Positions 30,181 through 39,093 of a stretch of DNA of 64,000 nucleotides are shown piece by piece (position 1 is the first letter of the stretch; each line of letters starts with the position of its first letter). Location of the stretch: the IMG/VR virus record IMGVR_UViG_3300031994_000004; one strand, 5' to 3'. The translations under genes and the position numbers were made by a program. The stretch is from a virus. Its lineage: Duplodnaviria > Caudoviricetes. Below the pieces are notes generated by a model. The model saw only the letters and a list, made by a program, of their open reading frames with translations, was not told the DNA's origin and made no database searches.

Positions 30181-31353
30181 ATGCTTATAAACCAGCAAAT
30201 CACAGACGATTTAAAAAATCATATTTGGGGACTTGATTGGCAAGATTTTTGCGATGACAAGACCAAATATAATTTAGACACAAATTATCGTGAACAAGTT
30301 AAAAATGATTGGTTCACTAAACTAGAAGCAGAAATTGACAATTATAAAGACAAAGTAATTAGTCAATTTACTGCCAATGGATTTATAGTAGATTACAATG
30401 ACCAGTGTTATTCTAGTCTAAGGGCTAACATTTGCCGATTGACATATAAACTCAAATACTCAAAGAACGAAAAAACAAATCCTTTTGAGGCGGACATTAA
30501 GATTGTTGTTAATCTTGAAGATGAAGGTGTTTCTTATAACTGGTACATTGACAACCCAGTCCGAATTTATTACAAAAAATACTTGAATTGGGGTAACAGA
30601 AATGCCTGTAATCACATGCTTTTCACAAGACGAGGATTTGCCCGTAGATATGGTTACAGTAGTTATCGCTGGGTAGGCACGATTGATGAATGGGCAGAAG
30701 GCACAAAGGCCAAAGACATTTGTAAGAAACTGAAGAAAACTATTACCGATATGGAATGCGAACACGAAAAATTACAGAAAGGTGTTCAGCAGAAAAAGAA
30801 AGAACTCCATATTCAGGAAGATGATGTTTTCGGAATGTTGACCGATTTGAATGCAGAATTTAAAAATGCGAATGTTAAGTTCTTATTCAATGGCGAATGT
30901 AATTTTGATTATGTTGATTCTCCAATACGCTTCAATATAGTTTGTTCCAACAATCCAAATCAAGATGACGAAAACTTGTATGTAAAAGAAGGTATAGACA
31001 TCGCCTTTGAAGATGGGCCTTGGCCTGATGGAACAGCAGAAGAACGTGCTCAGTGGCAAAAGACTCTTGAAAGTCATAAAATGAGATTGTTCTCAGATAA
31101 CATAAATCCACAAACAGGTTATTACAGAAACCATATTACTATTTCATTAGTTTACAGACCAGATGTTCCTACTCACTGGCACTGTGAAATTTCACATCCA
31201 ATTTCTAACAAAATAATTAAAAATATGCTTGGTTGTGAAACCTATTATGATTGTGGAACATTGGATGAAATAAAAGAACAATTAACTACTATATTCAGAC
31301 GAGATAATAGTCTGTATAATACTATTGAGGAATGGAAAAATGGCCTTAATTGA
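30181..31353 (+). CDS. Hypothetical protein
   Basis: 390-aa ORF in operon. Confidence 0.75.
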   Translation: MLINQQITDDLKNHIWGLDWQDFCDDKTKYNLDTNYREQVKNDWFTKLEAEIDNYKDKVISQFTANGFIVDYNDQCYSSLRANICRLTYKLKYSKNEKTNPFEADIKIVVNLEDEGVSYNWYIDNPVRIYYKKYLNWGNRNACNHMLFTRRGFARRYGYSSYRWVGTIDEWAEGTKAKDICKKLKKTITDMECEHEKLQKGVQQKKKELHIQEDDVFGMLTDLNAEFKNANVKFLFNGECNFDYVDSPIRFNIVCSNNPNQDDENLYVKEGIDIAFEDGPWPDGTAEERAQWQKTLESHKMRLFSDNINPQTGYYRNHITISLVYRPDVPTHWHCEISHPISNKIIKNMLGCETYYDCGTLDEIKEQLTTIFRRDNSLYNTIEEWKNGLN

Positions 31354-31840
31354 AGTACCACAAGAAAAGTTAGATGATATTAAAAAAGACCGAAAGTACA
31401 GTTATATAACTCCACAACAGGTTAGAAATCGTATTCAGGTCTGGGCAAGTAAACTTGGATGTAATCGCTGTCCAAAGGATATGCACGAAATTGCTCAAAA
31501 CTATCTTTTCTGTGTAACTTTAGATGGGGCTGAATATGAATCCTTTGTTGGAACTAATGGTAATGTTCCACAAACAACATCTTACTGGAATTTTAACATT
31601 AATGTAATCAGACGAGAAGATATGCGTGAAGAAAGACGAAAAGATTATATAATCTATGACAGACATTATCACGCACATCTGTTCTTTGAAATTCCAGTAA
31701 TTGATTCTTTCTCAGACGAGAAAATAGAAAAATGGGAAGATTTCTGTTTGAGATTTCTAGCCAAACAAGTTTTCATTAACAAAAAGAAAGCTAAAAATTG
31801 GCTGAAAATGAAAAAATTAAATTCCGATTTTGAAGATTAA
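31340..31840 (+). CDS. Hypothetical, xDF-tail family
   Basis: Ends KKLNSDFED. Confidence 0.7.
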   Translation: MALIEVPQEKLDDIKKDRKYSYITPQQVRNRIQVWASKLGCNRCPKDMHEIAQNYLFCVTLDGAEYESFVGTNGNVPQTTSYWNFNINVIRREDMREERRKDYIIYDRHYHAHLFFEIPVIDSFSDEKIEKWEDFCLRFLAKQVFINKKKAKNWLKMKKLNSDFED

Positions 31841-31870
31841 AAAAGGACGATTTTAAATCGTCCTTTTCTT
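31838..31870. terminator. Bidirectional intrinsic terminator
   Basis: aaaaggacga-ttttaaa-tcgtcctttt between convergent genes. Confidence 0.8.
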
Positions 31871-32415
31871 TATTCACCCAAAGCCATCGCTTTTTCTGCT
31901 GGGTATTGGTAATCAGGTGCTTTCTTCAACCAAGATAACAGTTGACGAAGAACAGTGATTAACTGATATGCGTTCCATTTGACTGTCCCTATATCTTCAG
32001 TGAAAATACGAGCTGGGTCATAACCGTCCACACCATAAGTATATAATTGTTCCATTGGAGTTAAGTGGTAAAAGTGGAACTTGTTATTTGTCAAATCAGA
32101 TATAGTTCTCTCAATTTCTTTCTTCGCATTTACTTTATCGTGGCAAAGTTCTCGCTTGATAATCTGTAAAATAGGACACCAAGTTGTTTTGTTCTTGTCA
32201 TTTTCAAAATGAGCATAAGTATCCATCATTTCGTCAATTTCAATAAATCGGTTCATATTCAAAACGAGCCATAATCTTAACAACTGCGGAATGAGTCTCA
32301 AGTTCTCGCCTCTCCCAAATTCATCAAGTTGTTCAGGTGTGAACTTTGTTTTAAAGTGCGACATTCTTTTATTATACAGTTCTAATCGTTCTGCGTAGGT
32401 TTTCTTTTGTTTCAT
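31870..32415 (-). CDS. Hypothetical protein (only credible minus-strand gene)
   Basis: GGAG SD on minus strand, fills the gap, convergent terminator. Confidence 0.75.
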   Translation of the reverse strand: MKQKKTYAERLELYNKRMSHFKTKFTPEQLDEFGRGENLRLIPQLLRLWLVLNMNRFIEIDEMMDTYAHFENDKNKTTWCPILQIIKRELCHDKVNAKKEIERTISDLTNNKFHFYHLTPMEQLYTYGVDGYDPARIFTEDIGTVKWNAYQLITVLRQLLSWLKKAPDYQYPAEKAMALGE

Positions 32416-32564
32416 ATTTTTTCTCCATTAAAATAACAGCTAGATTTTGTCTAACTGGCGTGAATTATTGAAGTTCTAGTTGAAACAAAAGTGTAAATCA
32501 ACTATTGCGAACTAGAACATTTTTTGCTATATTAAATATGTATAAACTTAGAGATTTAAATACT

Positions 32565-32921
32565 ATGGGCTACAAAGAAATTATACAGTATCTTGACGAT
32601 TTTCCATTCCTTCACAAGCAAGAATATAGTGAAGGTGCAGTTGCGTATGAAATCGTAACTAAAACTATGTATCCTGAAGACGATGATTTACCGACAGAAA
32701 ACACAGCTAGAGCAATTACCATTGACCGATATGGACTTACTTGTCGCAGACTTATGGTTATGAATGGTCTGATTTATGCGAGAGAAGAACTTGAAGTAAC
32801 TAATCTTACTGAACTGAAGAATTATTTGTTTGAAGTTGAAGAAGAAATTAAACGATATAGTAAACTGTATAAACAGGCTATGGTTGATTATAAACTAAAG
32901 AAAATGAAGGAAGACTTTTAA
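32565..32921 (+). CDS. Hypothetical, xDF-tail family
   Basis: Ends KLKKMKEDF; start uncertain (32538 or 32565). Confidence 0.7.
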   Translation: MGYKEIIQYLDDFPFLHKQEYSEGAVAYEIVTKTMYPEDDDLPTENTARAITIDRYGLTCRRLMVMNGLIYAREELEVTNLTELKNYLFEVEEEIKRYSKLYKQAMVDYKLKKMKEDF

Positions 32922-33394
32922 TGATTTATATTGACTTTTTCATAAAAGAAACACAAGAAAGACATTTTTATAAGTTTGAAGGCGACAGTTTTGAAATTAC
33001 AGAACTTCATATCGGCAGAAACAATTATGAATGGACTGGTAGTGAACGAAACGAAACTCACACAATTCCAATTAGATTTACAATGAAAACTAATCTTGGA
33101 GAAGTCCATAGTTTTGAGATTGACTGTGGTTATACAGAAGGAAAAGATTTTAGACAACTAAAATACAGAAATTACAAAATGACCAGTTTTTGTATAATGG
33201 ACGAAAAAGATGGTTTGTATGTTGTATCTGACGAATATGATGAAGTAAATCACGAATGGAAAACAGACTATGAGTTTCACGATAAAATTGCAGGATACTT
33301 TAAGGATAAAATCCAAAACGATACAGATTTAATCAAAAAACGATATAATGAAATAAAGAAATTGGATAAAATGAATTCAGATTTTGCAGATTAG
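32921..33394 (+). CDS. Hypothetical, xDF-tail family
   Basis: Ends KMNSDFAD. Confidence 0.7.
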   Translation: MIYIDFFIKETQERHFYKFEGDSFEITELHIGRNNYEWTGSERNETHTIPIRFTMKTNLGEVHSFEIDCGYTEGKDFRQLKYRNYKMTSFCIMDEKDGLYVVSDEYDEVNHEWKTDYEFHDKIAGYFKDKIQNDTDLIKKRYNEIKKLDKMNSDFAD

Positions 33395-33444
33395 AAAAAA
33401 TAAAAAATTTAATACAAATTAAGAATGATTGCTATATTTGATAC

Positions 33445-33848
33445 TGACATTAGTGAAAAGTCCCGTTCCTCGGAGCGAACAGCAACCCAATGTGAGTATC
33501 GGTAGAGGGCAGGCCAATGGTGTATGAATTAGTATATGCCCACAGTTGGATAGGTACAAGGTGTTTGAAGACACCGAACTATCATTGTAAATCTAATAGC
33601 GAAGTAAGAATTAACAACTCTTACACACAGCCGCCTTGGTGTTAATGGATATAGTCGGAGTACAGGAAGACCGCCCCGTAAGCCATTATGTAACATCCCT
33701 TAGCAGTGATGAATATACAGTCAAAACAAAAAATGTATTTTCATTGAAAGTTCTGTTTAAGTCCTTTAGGCTTAGACAGTTCCGAAAACCATATCAAACA
33801 AAAAATCATTTGAATGTTTTACATTCAAATGCTCCTTCGGAGCATTAG
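33445..33848 (+). ncRNA. Candidate structured non-coding RNA upstream of HNH gene
   Basis: GC-richer non-coding gap after a TATATT box, with many stems (see findings). Confidence 0.55.
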
Positions 33849-33849
33849 T

Positions 33850-34437
33850 ATGAGTAGAAAAACAATTACATTAAAAGACATTTGTATTGAGAATGAATAC
33901 TTTCACGAAGTAGAATTACTCATAGAAGATGCAAGGAAAAATCCTGTACCAATAGGAACAGGTCATAGTCATCATATAGTTCCTAGATGTTGGTTTAAAT
34001 TACATAAAATGACTGTAGATAGTAGAAAGTCTAATTTAGTTTATTTGTCTATTGAAAATCATTATAAAATACACGATTTGATGAGTAAGTGTGTAAAAGA
34101 AACTGATATGATTTTTAGAATGAAAAATGCAGCAGCATATTTGAAAAATTGTAAACCAAATCCAGTATTAAGAAAAGAAATAAAAGAAAAAGTTAAAAAC
34201 AAATTAAGACCTTGTAAAGGTAAATGGGCTAACTATTTAAATAATCATATTGAAGAACTTAAACAAAGAAATTTAGATGACCAAATTAAATACTTGAATA
34301 CTTTAAATTCACAAATAAAATATCAAGTTTTCAAACGAATTATTACAAATAAATTTGTTCGTAAAGAAACCTTTGATAAAATCAGGGCATTAAAGAGAAA
34401 CAAATTAGATGATAAACTTATCTTAGGGTGGTTATAA
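33850..34437 (+). CDS. HNH endonuclease
   Basis: HSHHIVPRCW...SNLVYLSIENHYKIH. Confidence 0.85.
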   Translation: MSRKTITLKDICIENEYFHEVELLIEDARKNPVPIGTGHSHHIVPRCWFKLHKMTVDSRKSNLVYLSIENHYKIHDLMSKCVKETDMIFRMKNAAAYLKNCKPNPVLRKEIKEKVKNKLRPCKGKWANYLNNHIEELKQRNLDDQIKYLNTLNSQIKYQVFKRIITNKFVRKETFDKIRALKRNKLDDKLILGWL

Positions 34438-34979
34438 TGGATCCTAGAGTTAAATTTCTTGAAGGTAAATTAAAATACTTACAAGGACAACTTACAGCTA
34501 ATCTATTCAATAGACAGACACAAACATTAGTTTATCATAATTTAAATGATGAAATAAATCATATTACTGATAGAATAAGACATTATCTAGTTCATTTACA
34601 TACAAAGTGTGAATCAATGGATGATTTTATTAAATACTGTAAAGAAGTTGATAATGAATTTGAAGATGCATGTCAAGAACATTTATTTTGTACTGAATTT
34701 GACATTCCATATACAGGTAAATTAGACAAGAGTGTTTTAATACATTTTAAGACTGGTATGGCAACTAGAATTAGAGAAGTAAATTCACTACATATTGAAA
34801 AGAAAAGACTGTATATAAATGGTCAAAAAGTAGCACAGGACATTCGTAGATTTATCTTTGTAGATAAAGCATTTGAATTGGATAAAAATGATGAAACCGA
34901 ATTTAATGAACTGATTGAGCATTTCAAGTCACTTAAAGAAAGACTTAAGTTACAGAACATTGGAGAAGATTTCAAATGA
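34437..34979 (+). CDS. Hypothetical, xDF-tail family
   Basis: Ends KLQNIGEDFK. Confidence 0.7.
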   Translation: MDPRVKFLEGKLKYLQGQLTANLFNRQTQTLVYHNLNDEINHITDRIRHYLVHLHTKCESMDDFIKYCKEVDNEFEDACQEHLFCTEFDIPYTGKLDKSVLIHFKTGMATRIREVNSLHIEKKRLYINGQKVAQDIRRFIFVDKAFELDKNDETEFNELIEHFKSLKERLKLQNIGEDFK

Positions 34980-35269
34980 CATTCAGTGAATATGATGTAG
35001 TAAAAGCACAATATACAGTAACAGAACAATTTGAAGAATTAAGATTATATTTGTGTGCTGATAGAGGATGTACTGACCACGTATGGCAAGCGCCATTGAG
35101 TACAAAAACCGAAACACAAGCAAATAAAAATTTTTATCTTTTGGCCTTACCAAAGGGTGAAAATTTCACAGAAGAAAAGTACGAAATAATTAAGACAATG
35201 TTTGAGAAATATGTAAAACTTGAAAAAGAAAAAGAAAGACTTGAGAAATTAAAGAAGGACTTTGTATGA
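34976..35269 (+). CDS. Hypothetical, xDF-tail family
   Basis: Ends RLEKLKKDFV. Confidence 0.7.
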   Translation: MTFSEYDVVKAQYTVTEQFEELRLYLCADRGCTDHVWQAPLSTKTETQANKNFYLLALPKGENFTEEKYEIIKTMFEKYVKLEKEKERLEKLKKDFV

Positions 35270-35595
35270 CTTTACTATTTGAAAATGATGAACTTGATAA
35301 GTTGATACTAAAGTATCATTTGATGGTTTATAGTGGAATAGGAAATGATTATTACCTTTGTTTTGATGGAGATGTACCTTCTAGTTATATAGGGATATAT
35401 AGCAGATATTATAAAAGAGCTTGTTTGTTTGACAGTATACATTTAAAACACGATAAAATAATAGGTGATAAAAATAAAAGACATATTTATATAGAAGTTG
35501 AACCATTTGAAAAACATTTAAATGAACTTATAATACAGCGTAAGAAAATACTTGCGGAACAAAGAGAACGCAAAATGAAAAAGGATTTCAAATGA
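35266..35595 (+). CDS. Hypothetical, xDF-tail family
   Basis: Ends KMKKDFK. Confidence 0.7.
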   Translation: MTLLFENDELDKLILKYHLMVYSGIGNDYYLCFDGDVPSSYIGIYSRYYKRACLFDSIHLKHDKIIGDKNKRHIYIEVEPFEKHLNELIIQRKKILAEQRERKMKKDFK

Positions 35596-35984
35596 ACCAA
35601 TATGAAATTATTGTATATAAAGTCAACTTCATAAAACAAATGGCTGAAAAATACGATTTAGTTTATGAAGAACACAGACAAGGAAATGGTGAAAAAGATT
35701 TTGGTTTGTATTTGGATAAAGAAAATAAGTATAAAATTTTAAACTATGATACTTTCTTTTTCAATTCGTATTCAGTTCTACAATCTTTAACCATAGATTT
35801 TATGGTTTTGGGAAATCCAAGAATAAAATATGGTGAGTTTCATAATATAAGAAGTAATGATTTGACCGAACAGTACATTAAGACATTGAAATATACTTAC
35901 GATGAATTTATACGAATTACTGATTTTATTACAAAAGAACAGAAAGCAGATAAAAAATTAAAGGACATTAAAAATGACTTTTGA
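35592..35984 (+). CDS. Hypothetical, xDF-tail family
   Basis: Ends KLKDIKNDF. Confidence 0.7.
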   Translation: MNQYEIIVYKVNFIKQMAEKYDLVYEEHRQGNGEKDFGLYLDKENKYKILNYDTFFFNSYSVLQSLTIDFMVLGNPRIKYGEFHNIRSNDLTEQYIKTLKYTYDEFIRITDFITKEQKADKKLKDIKNDF

Positions 35985-36411
35985 TGAAGTAGATAAAATA
36001 ATTTGTTCGTATGGATTTTATAGTTATTATTATGGCTCGGACAAACATGACTCAGCTAAGTATTATATGTACCCTGGAATAGATAGATTAGCAATTTATA
36101 CTGAAAATTTATGTGAACAAAATTTAAATAGTTTAGATAAAAAACATTTCAATGAAAAAGATTTGAACCGAGTAGATTTAGTTACATTTTCACCGATTGT
36201 ATTATGGAGTACTGGTGAGATTGGTGTAAATTATGCTATTGAATCCTTAAGATTGTGGAGGAAAAATATACACAATACATCTTTTAAATTGACTGAAGAA
36301 CGATTAAATAAAGAACTAAAAAATTTTAAATTCAGTCTTGAATCATTGTTACAAGAACAAAAAATTGCTAAAATGAATAAGAAACTAGAAAAGTTGGAGA
36401 ATGATTTTTAA
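35974..36411 (+). CDS. Hypothetical, xDF-tail family
   Basis: Ends KLEKLENDF. Confidence 0.7.
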   Translation: MTFDEVDKIICSYGFYSYYYGSDKHDSAKYYMYPGIDRLAIYTENLCEQNLNSLDKKHFNEKDLNRVDLVTFSPIVLWSTGEIGVNYAIESLRLWRKNIHNTSFKLTEERLNKELKNFKFSLESLLQEQKIAKMNKKLEKLENDF

Positions 36412-36828
36412 ATGACTGAAGACGAATTAAAACAAACATTTGCGAATTTTAAGTCCACTGATGACAAGTGGACTTTTTTAATAAATTTGGCTAAAAATCA
36501 TAAATGTTCGGAGAACATTAGAGAAGACAAATATCTTATTAAGGGGTGTTCTACGAAATTATGGCTAAAACCAGTCTTTGTAAACAATAATTTACATTTT
36601 GAAGTAGATGCCGAGATTGGTTTGCTCTCATTGGGATTGGGAATTTTAGCCACAATGCTCTATAATGGCAGGACTTGCCAGGAAATGGCTCAAGTAGACC
36701 AGAATGTGTTTATAGAGATTGGTTTATTGAATGGGCTAAGTGCGACCAGAAACAACGGCTTTGCGAGCATTTTGAAACAAATAGATTTGTATATAAAATT
36801 TTACAATAAAATTCTATACAACCATTGA
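36412..36828 (+). CDS. sufE: SufE-like cysteine desulfuration protein
   Basis: DKWTFLINLAK, IKGCSTKLWL, GLSATRNNGF. Confidence 0.85.
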   Translation: MTEDELKQTFANFKSTDDKWTFLINLAKNHKCSENIREDKYLIKGCSTKLWLKPVFVNNNLHFEVDAEIGLLSLGLGILATMLYNGRTCQEMAQVDQNVFIEIGLLNGLSATRNNGFASILKQIDLYIKFYNKILYNH

Positions 36829-36881
36829 CAAAACTGCGATAAATTAGTATATTTGTTATGTAACAAAAAAGAGGTAACACT

Positions 36882-37676
36882 ATGAAGAAATCGCAGCTCA
36901 CCAAAATCACCACAATTCTCCCGTTTGATGGCAAATACATTAAGGTTGGTAAGAACCGCAACAAGCTTTGGAATTTGATGGATTCCGAAGGCAATTTGAT
37001 TAGTGAAACCTGGTTTGAAAACATTGAAAAGACAACTGACGGTGCGATTATCACGAAGGCCGAAAAGAAGGAAATGCGTTTCGTGAATGTTGGTTCTTTC
37101 AAGAAATTCAATTCTGTTCGTGAACTGGTTCCTGTTAGTGTGGTTGGTCTGATTGATATTGACTCTATTGAACCGACCCAATGTGAAGGTTATGTTGCTA
37201 AGGCCTACTTCTTCGGCAAGAGAATTTACATTAAGGCTGACGGACGAATTTTTGATAGTAACGATAATGAACTTCACATTATGTTCAACTGCGTTGATAC
37301 TCTCCGCTTGAACAAGGCACTCTTGGATTTGAACAAGAAGCTACACTATGACGGAAATTACGATTGCGAACACGGTTGGCAAGAAACGATTGACAAAAAG
37401 GTTAGTATTTTCGGTTTCTATTGGATTGACGATGATGAATGTTGTGTCAGCATTGGCTACAATAAAGTGGATATGAATGACCGTACAAAGAAATGGACAG
37501 ACGAATTTAAAATCCGTGCTACTCTCAATATGCCGAAGCGTGTTCGTGAACAACTGACCGAAAAGTGGGGTAAACCGGAATCTGGTAAAATCGGTGAATT
37601 TAACGAAAACTACACCTGGTCTTTCACGAAGGACAAGCTTGAATTTATCATTGACACTCTTAACAACATTGACTAA
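36882..37676 (+). CDS. Hypothetical early protein (WG-repeat-like N-terminus)
   Basis: Own TTGACA/TATATT promoter and GAGG SD; WNLMDSEGNLISETWF. Confidence 0.7.
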   Translation: MKKSQLTKITTILPFDGKYIKVGKNRNKLWNLMDSEGNLISETWFENIEKTTDGAIITKAEKKEMRFVNVGSFKKFNSVRELVPVSVVGLIDIDSIEPTQCEGYVAKAYFFGKRIYIKADGRIFDSNDNELHIMFNCVDTLRLNKALLDLNKKLHYDGNYDCEHGWQETIDKKVSIFGFYWIDDDECCVSIGYNKVDMNDRTKKWTDEFKIRATLNMPKRVREQLTEKWGKPESGKIGEFNENYTWSFTKDKLEFIIDTLNNID

Positions 37677-37690
37677 TTGGAGAACATAAA

Positions 37691-38017
37691 ATGGCTGAAT
37701 GGAATGTAGATAAATTAAAAACAATTTTGGCTCCTCTCGGATTCTACTGTACAGAACATACTTGGGTTGGTGAGGATAAGCCGAGAAGTTGGCTTTTCAA
37801 ATTACCTAATTCTGTTCTTTTAGAGTATTTCATTGTGTTGGATAAGTATACAGGTAAAATGGGCTGTGGTGATACATTTATGGGTCACGGTAGATATGTT
37901 ACCTGTAACATAAATGCTATAAATTTTGATTTAATGGACTTCGCAAGAAATTATGTTCGTACTTATAAACAGTATTATTTTAACGAAATGAAAAAGCATT
38001 TAGACGAGGATTTTTAA
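37691..38017 (+). CDS. Hypothetical, xDF-tail family
   Basis: Ends KHLDEDF. Confidence 0.7.
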   Translation: MAEWNVDKLKTILAPLGFYCTEHTWVGEDKPRSWLFKLPNSVLLEYFIVLDKYTGKMGCGDTFMGHGRYVTCNINAINFDLMDFARNYVRTYKQYYFNEMKKHLDEDF

Positions 38018-38018
38018 A

Positions 38019-38237
38019 ATGGCTGAAGAACTTGTAACAACCTGTCCGTTCTGTGGACAGAAATTTACAGGACCTGGAAATTCAACCCGTGGTTACTGGG
38101 AAGCAAATGGAAAAACCAAAGAAGAAGATGCCAAGTTTGGCGAAACCTTCCGTTGCTGTGATGATTGTAATATGAACAAGGTCATTCCGGCACGATTGAT
38201 TCTTATGAGGCAGTATGATAAGCATAGAAAGAATTAA
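38019..38237 (+). CDS. Small zinc-finger protein
   Basis: CPFCG...CCDDCN..VIPAR. Confidence 0.75.
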   Translation: MAEELVTTCPFCGQKFTGPGNSTRGYWEANGKTKEEDAKFGETFRCCDDCNMNKVIPARLILMRQYDKHRKN

Positions 38238-38574
38238 AGAAATTTTTGAAGCCGAAGGATTTGATGTCTTTTCAGCAAATGGTGGTTCTGTTGAATTGGT
38301 TTATCTGCCGGATAGTATGAAATACCAAGGCAACCTGATGACTATTTCGTATGACGATTATCAACAGGGAAAATGTATTTTTCCAAAGTTCAAGATTGCT
38401 TCAAAGAACTATCACCCACAAATGAGTTACGATTATGGCGACGTTGTGGATTTTAATACTATCAGTGAAACTGATTTGCAGCAGAAGGTTCACGATTTGA
38501 TGCAAGATGCCATACTGATTAACAAACAAATTATTCAGGCAAAACGCACAAATAAGATTAAGAAGGATTTTTAA
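38215..38574 (+). CDS. Hypothetical, xDF-tail family
   Basis: Ends KIKKDF. Confidence 0.7.
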   Translation: MISIERIKEIFEAEGFDVFSANGGSVELVYLPDSMKYQGNLMTISYDDYQQGKCIFPKFKIASKNYHPQMSYDYGDVVDFNTISETDLQQKVHDLMQDAILINKQIIQAKRTNKIKKDF

Positions 38575-39005
38575 TGGAATTAACTAGAGATATACTTAAA
38601 GAACTAATTAAGACAAAAAATCTTGCTTGGCAGCTCCCTGTTAATCTGAATAAGGGTGTGGTTGTAATGAAAACCATAAAGCAGTTGGAAAAGTTGGTTA
38701 AGGACCGAGTAGATGAATACGATTTTGATAATCACGAAATTTTCACATACTGGGATATGAAAAAAGACAAGCCACTCTTTGACATTATCGTTACTTATGA
38801 CGAAAATATAACAGGTAGTCATTTTACATACGAATTAAGCGATTGTTCTTTGTTCGGAATGTATTTGTTCCAGGACAATTCACTTTCTGTTGGAATGGAA
38901 AATGTAATTGAGCAGTTGAAGTTGGATGTTCCGAAAGGCCTTGATTATGCCAAATATGCCAGGGAGAACTTCAAAATCGCACTTGGTGATACAGATTTCG
39001 TATAA
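38574..39005 (+). CDS. Hypothetical, xDF-tail family (divergent)
   Basis: Ends LGDTDFV. Confidence 0.65.
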   Translation: MELTRDILKELIKTKNLAWQLPVNLNKGVVVMKTIKQLEKLVKDRVDEYDFDNHEIFTYWDMKKDKPLFDIIVTYDENITGSHFTYELSDCSLFGMYLFQDNSLSVGMENVIEQLKLDVPKGLDYAKYARENFKIALGDTDFV

Positions 39006-39027
39006 ATTTTGTTCATTACGGCTCCTT

Positions 39028-39060
39028 CTAGGGTCCCCTTCTTGGGGACCCTAGTTTTTT
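39028..39060 (+). terminator. Intrinsic terminator
   Basis: ctagggtcccc-ttctt-ggggaccctag-tttttt. Confidence 0.9.
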
Positions 39061-39067
39061 ATAAATA
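39060..39067 (+). promoter_or_regulatory. T4-type late promoter TATAAATA
   Basis: Exact match upstream of 39094. Confidence 0.75.
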
Positions 39068-39093
39068 CATTAGATAATTTAACGAGGTTTTTA

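Noticed and set aside
33445-33848. Calling the structured region RNase P, tmRNA or a group I intron
   Set aside because: Only partial motif resemblance (gaaaagtccc; gatatagtcgga); required pairing partners, tRNA-like ends or flanking exons not found.
33814-33850. In-frame CGG at 33838 in the ORF-track version of the HNH gene
   Set aside because: Lies in a hairpin upstream of the likely start (ATG 33850), so it is not counted as a coding CGG.
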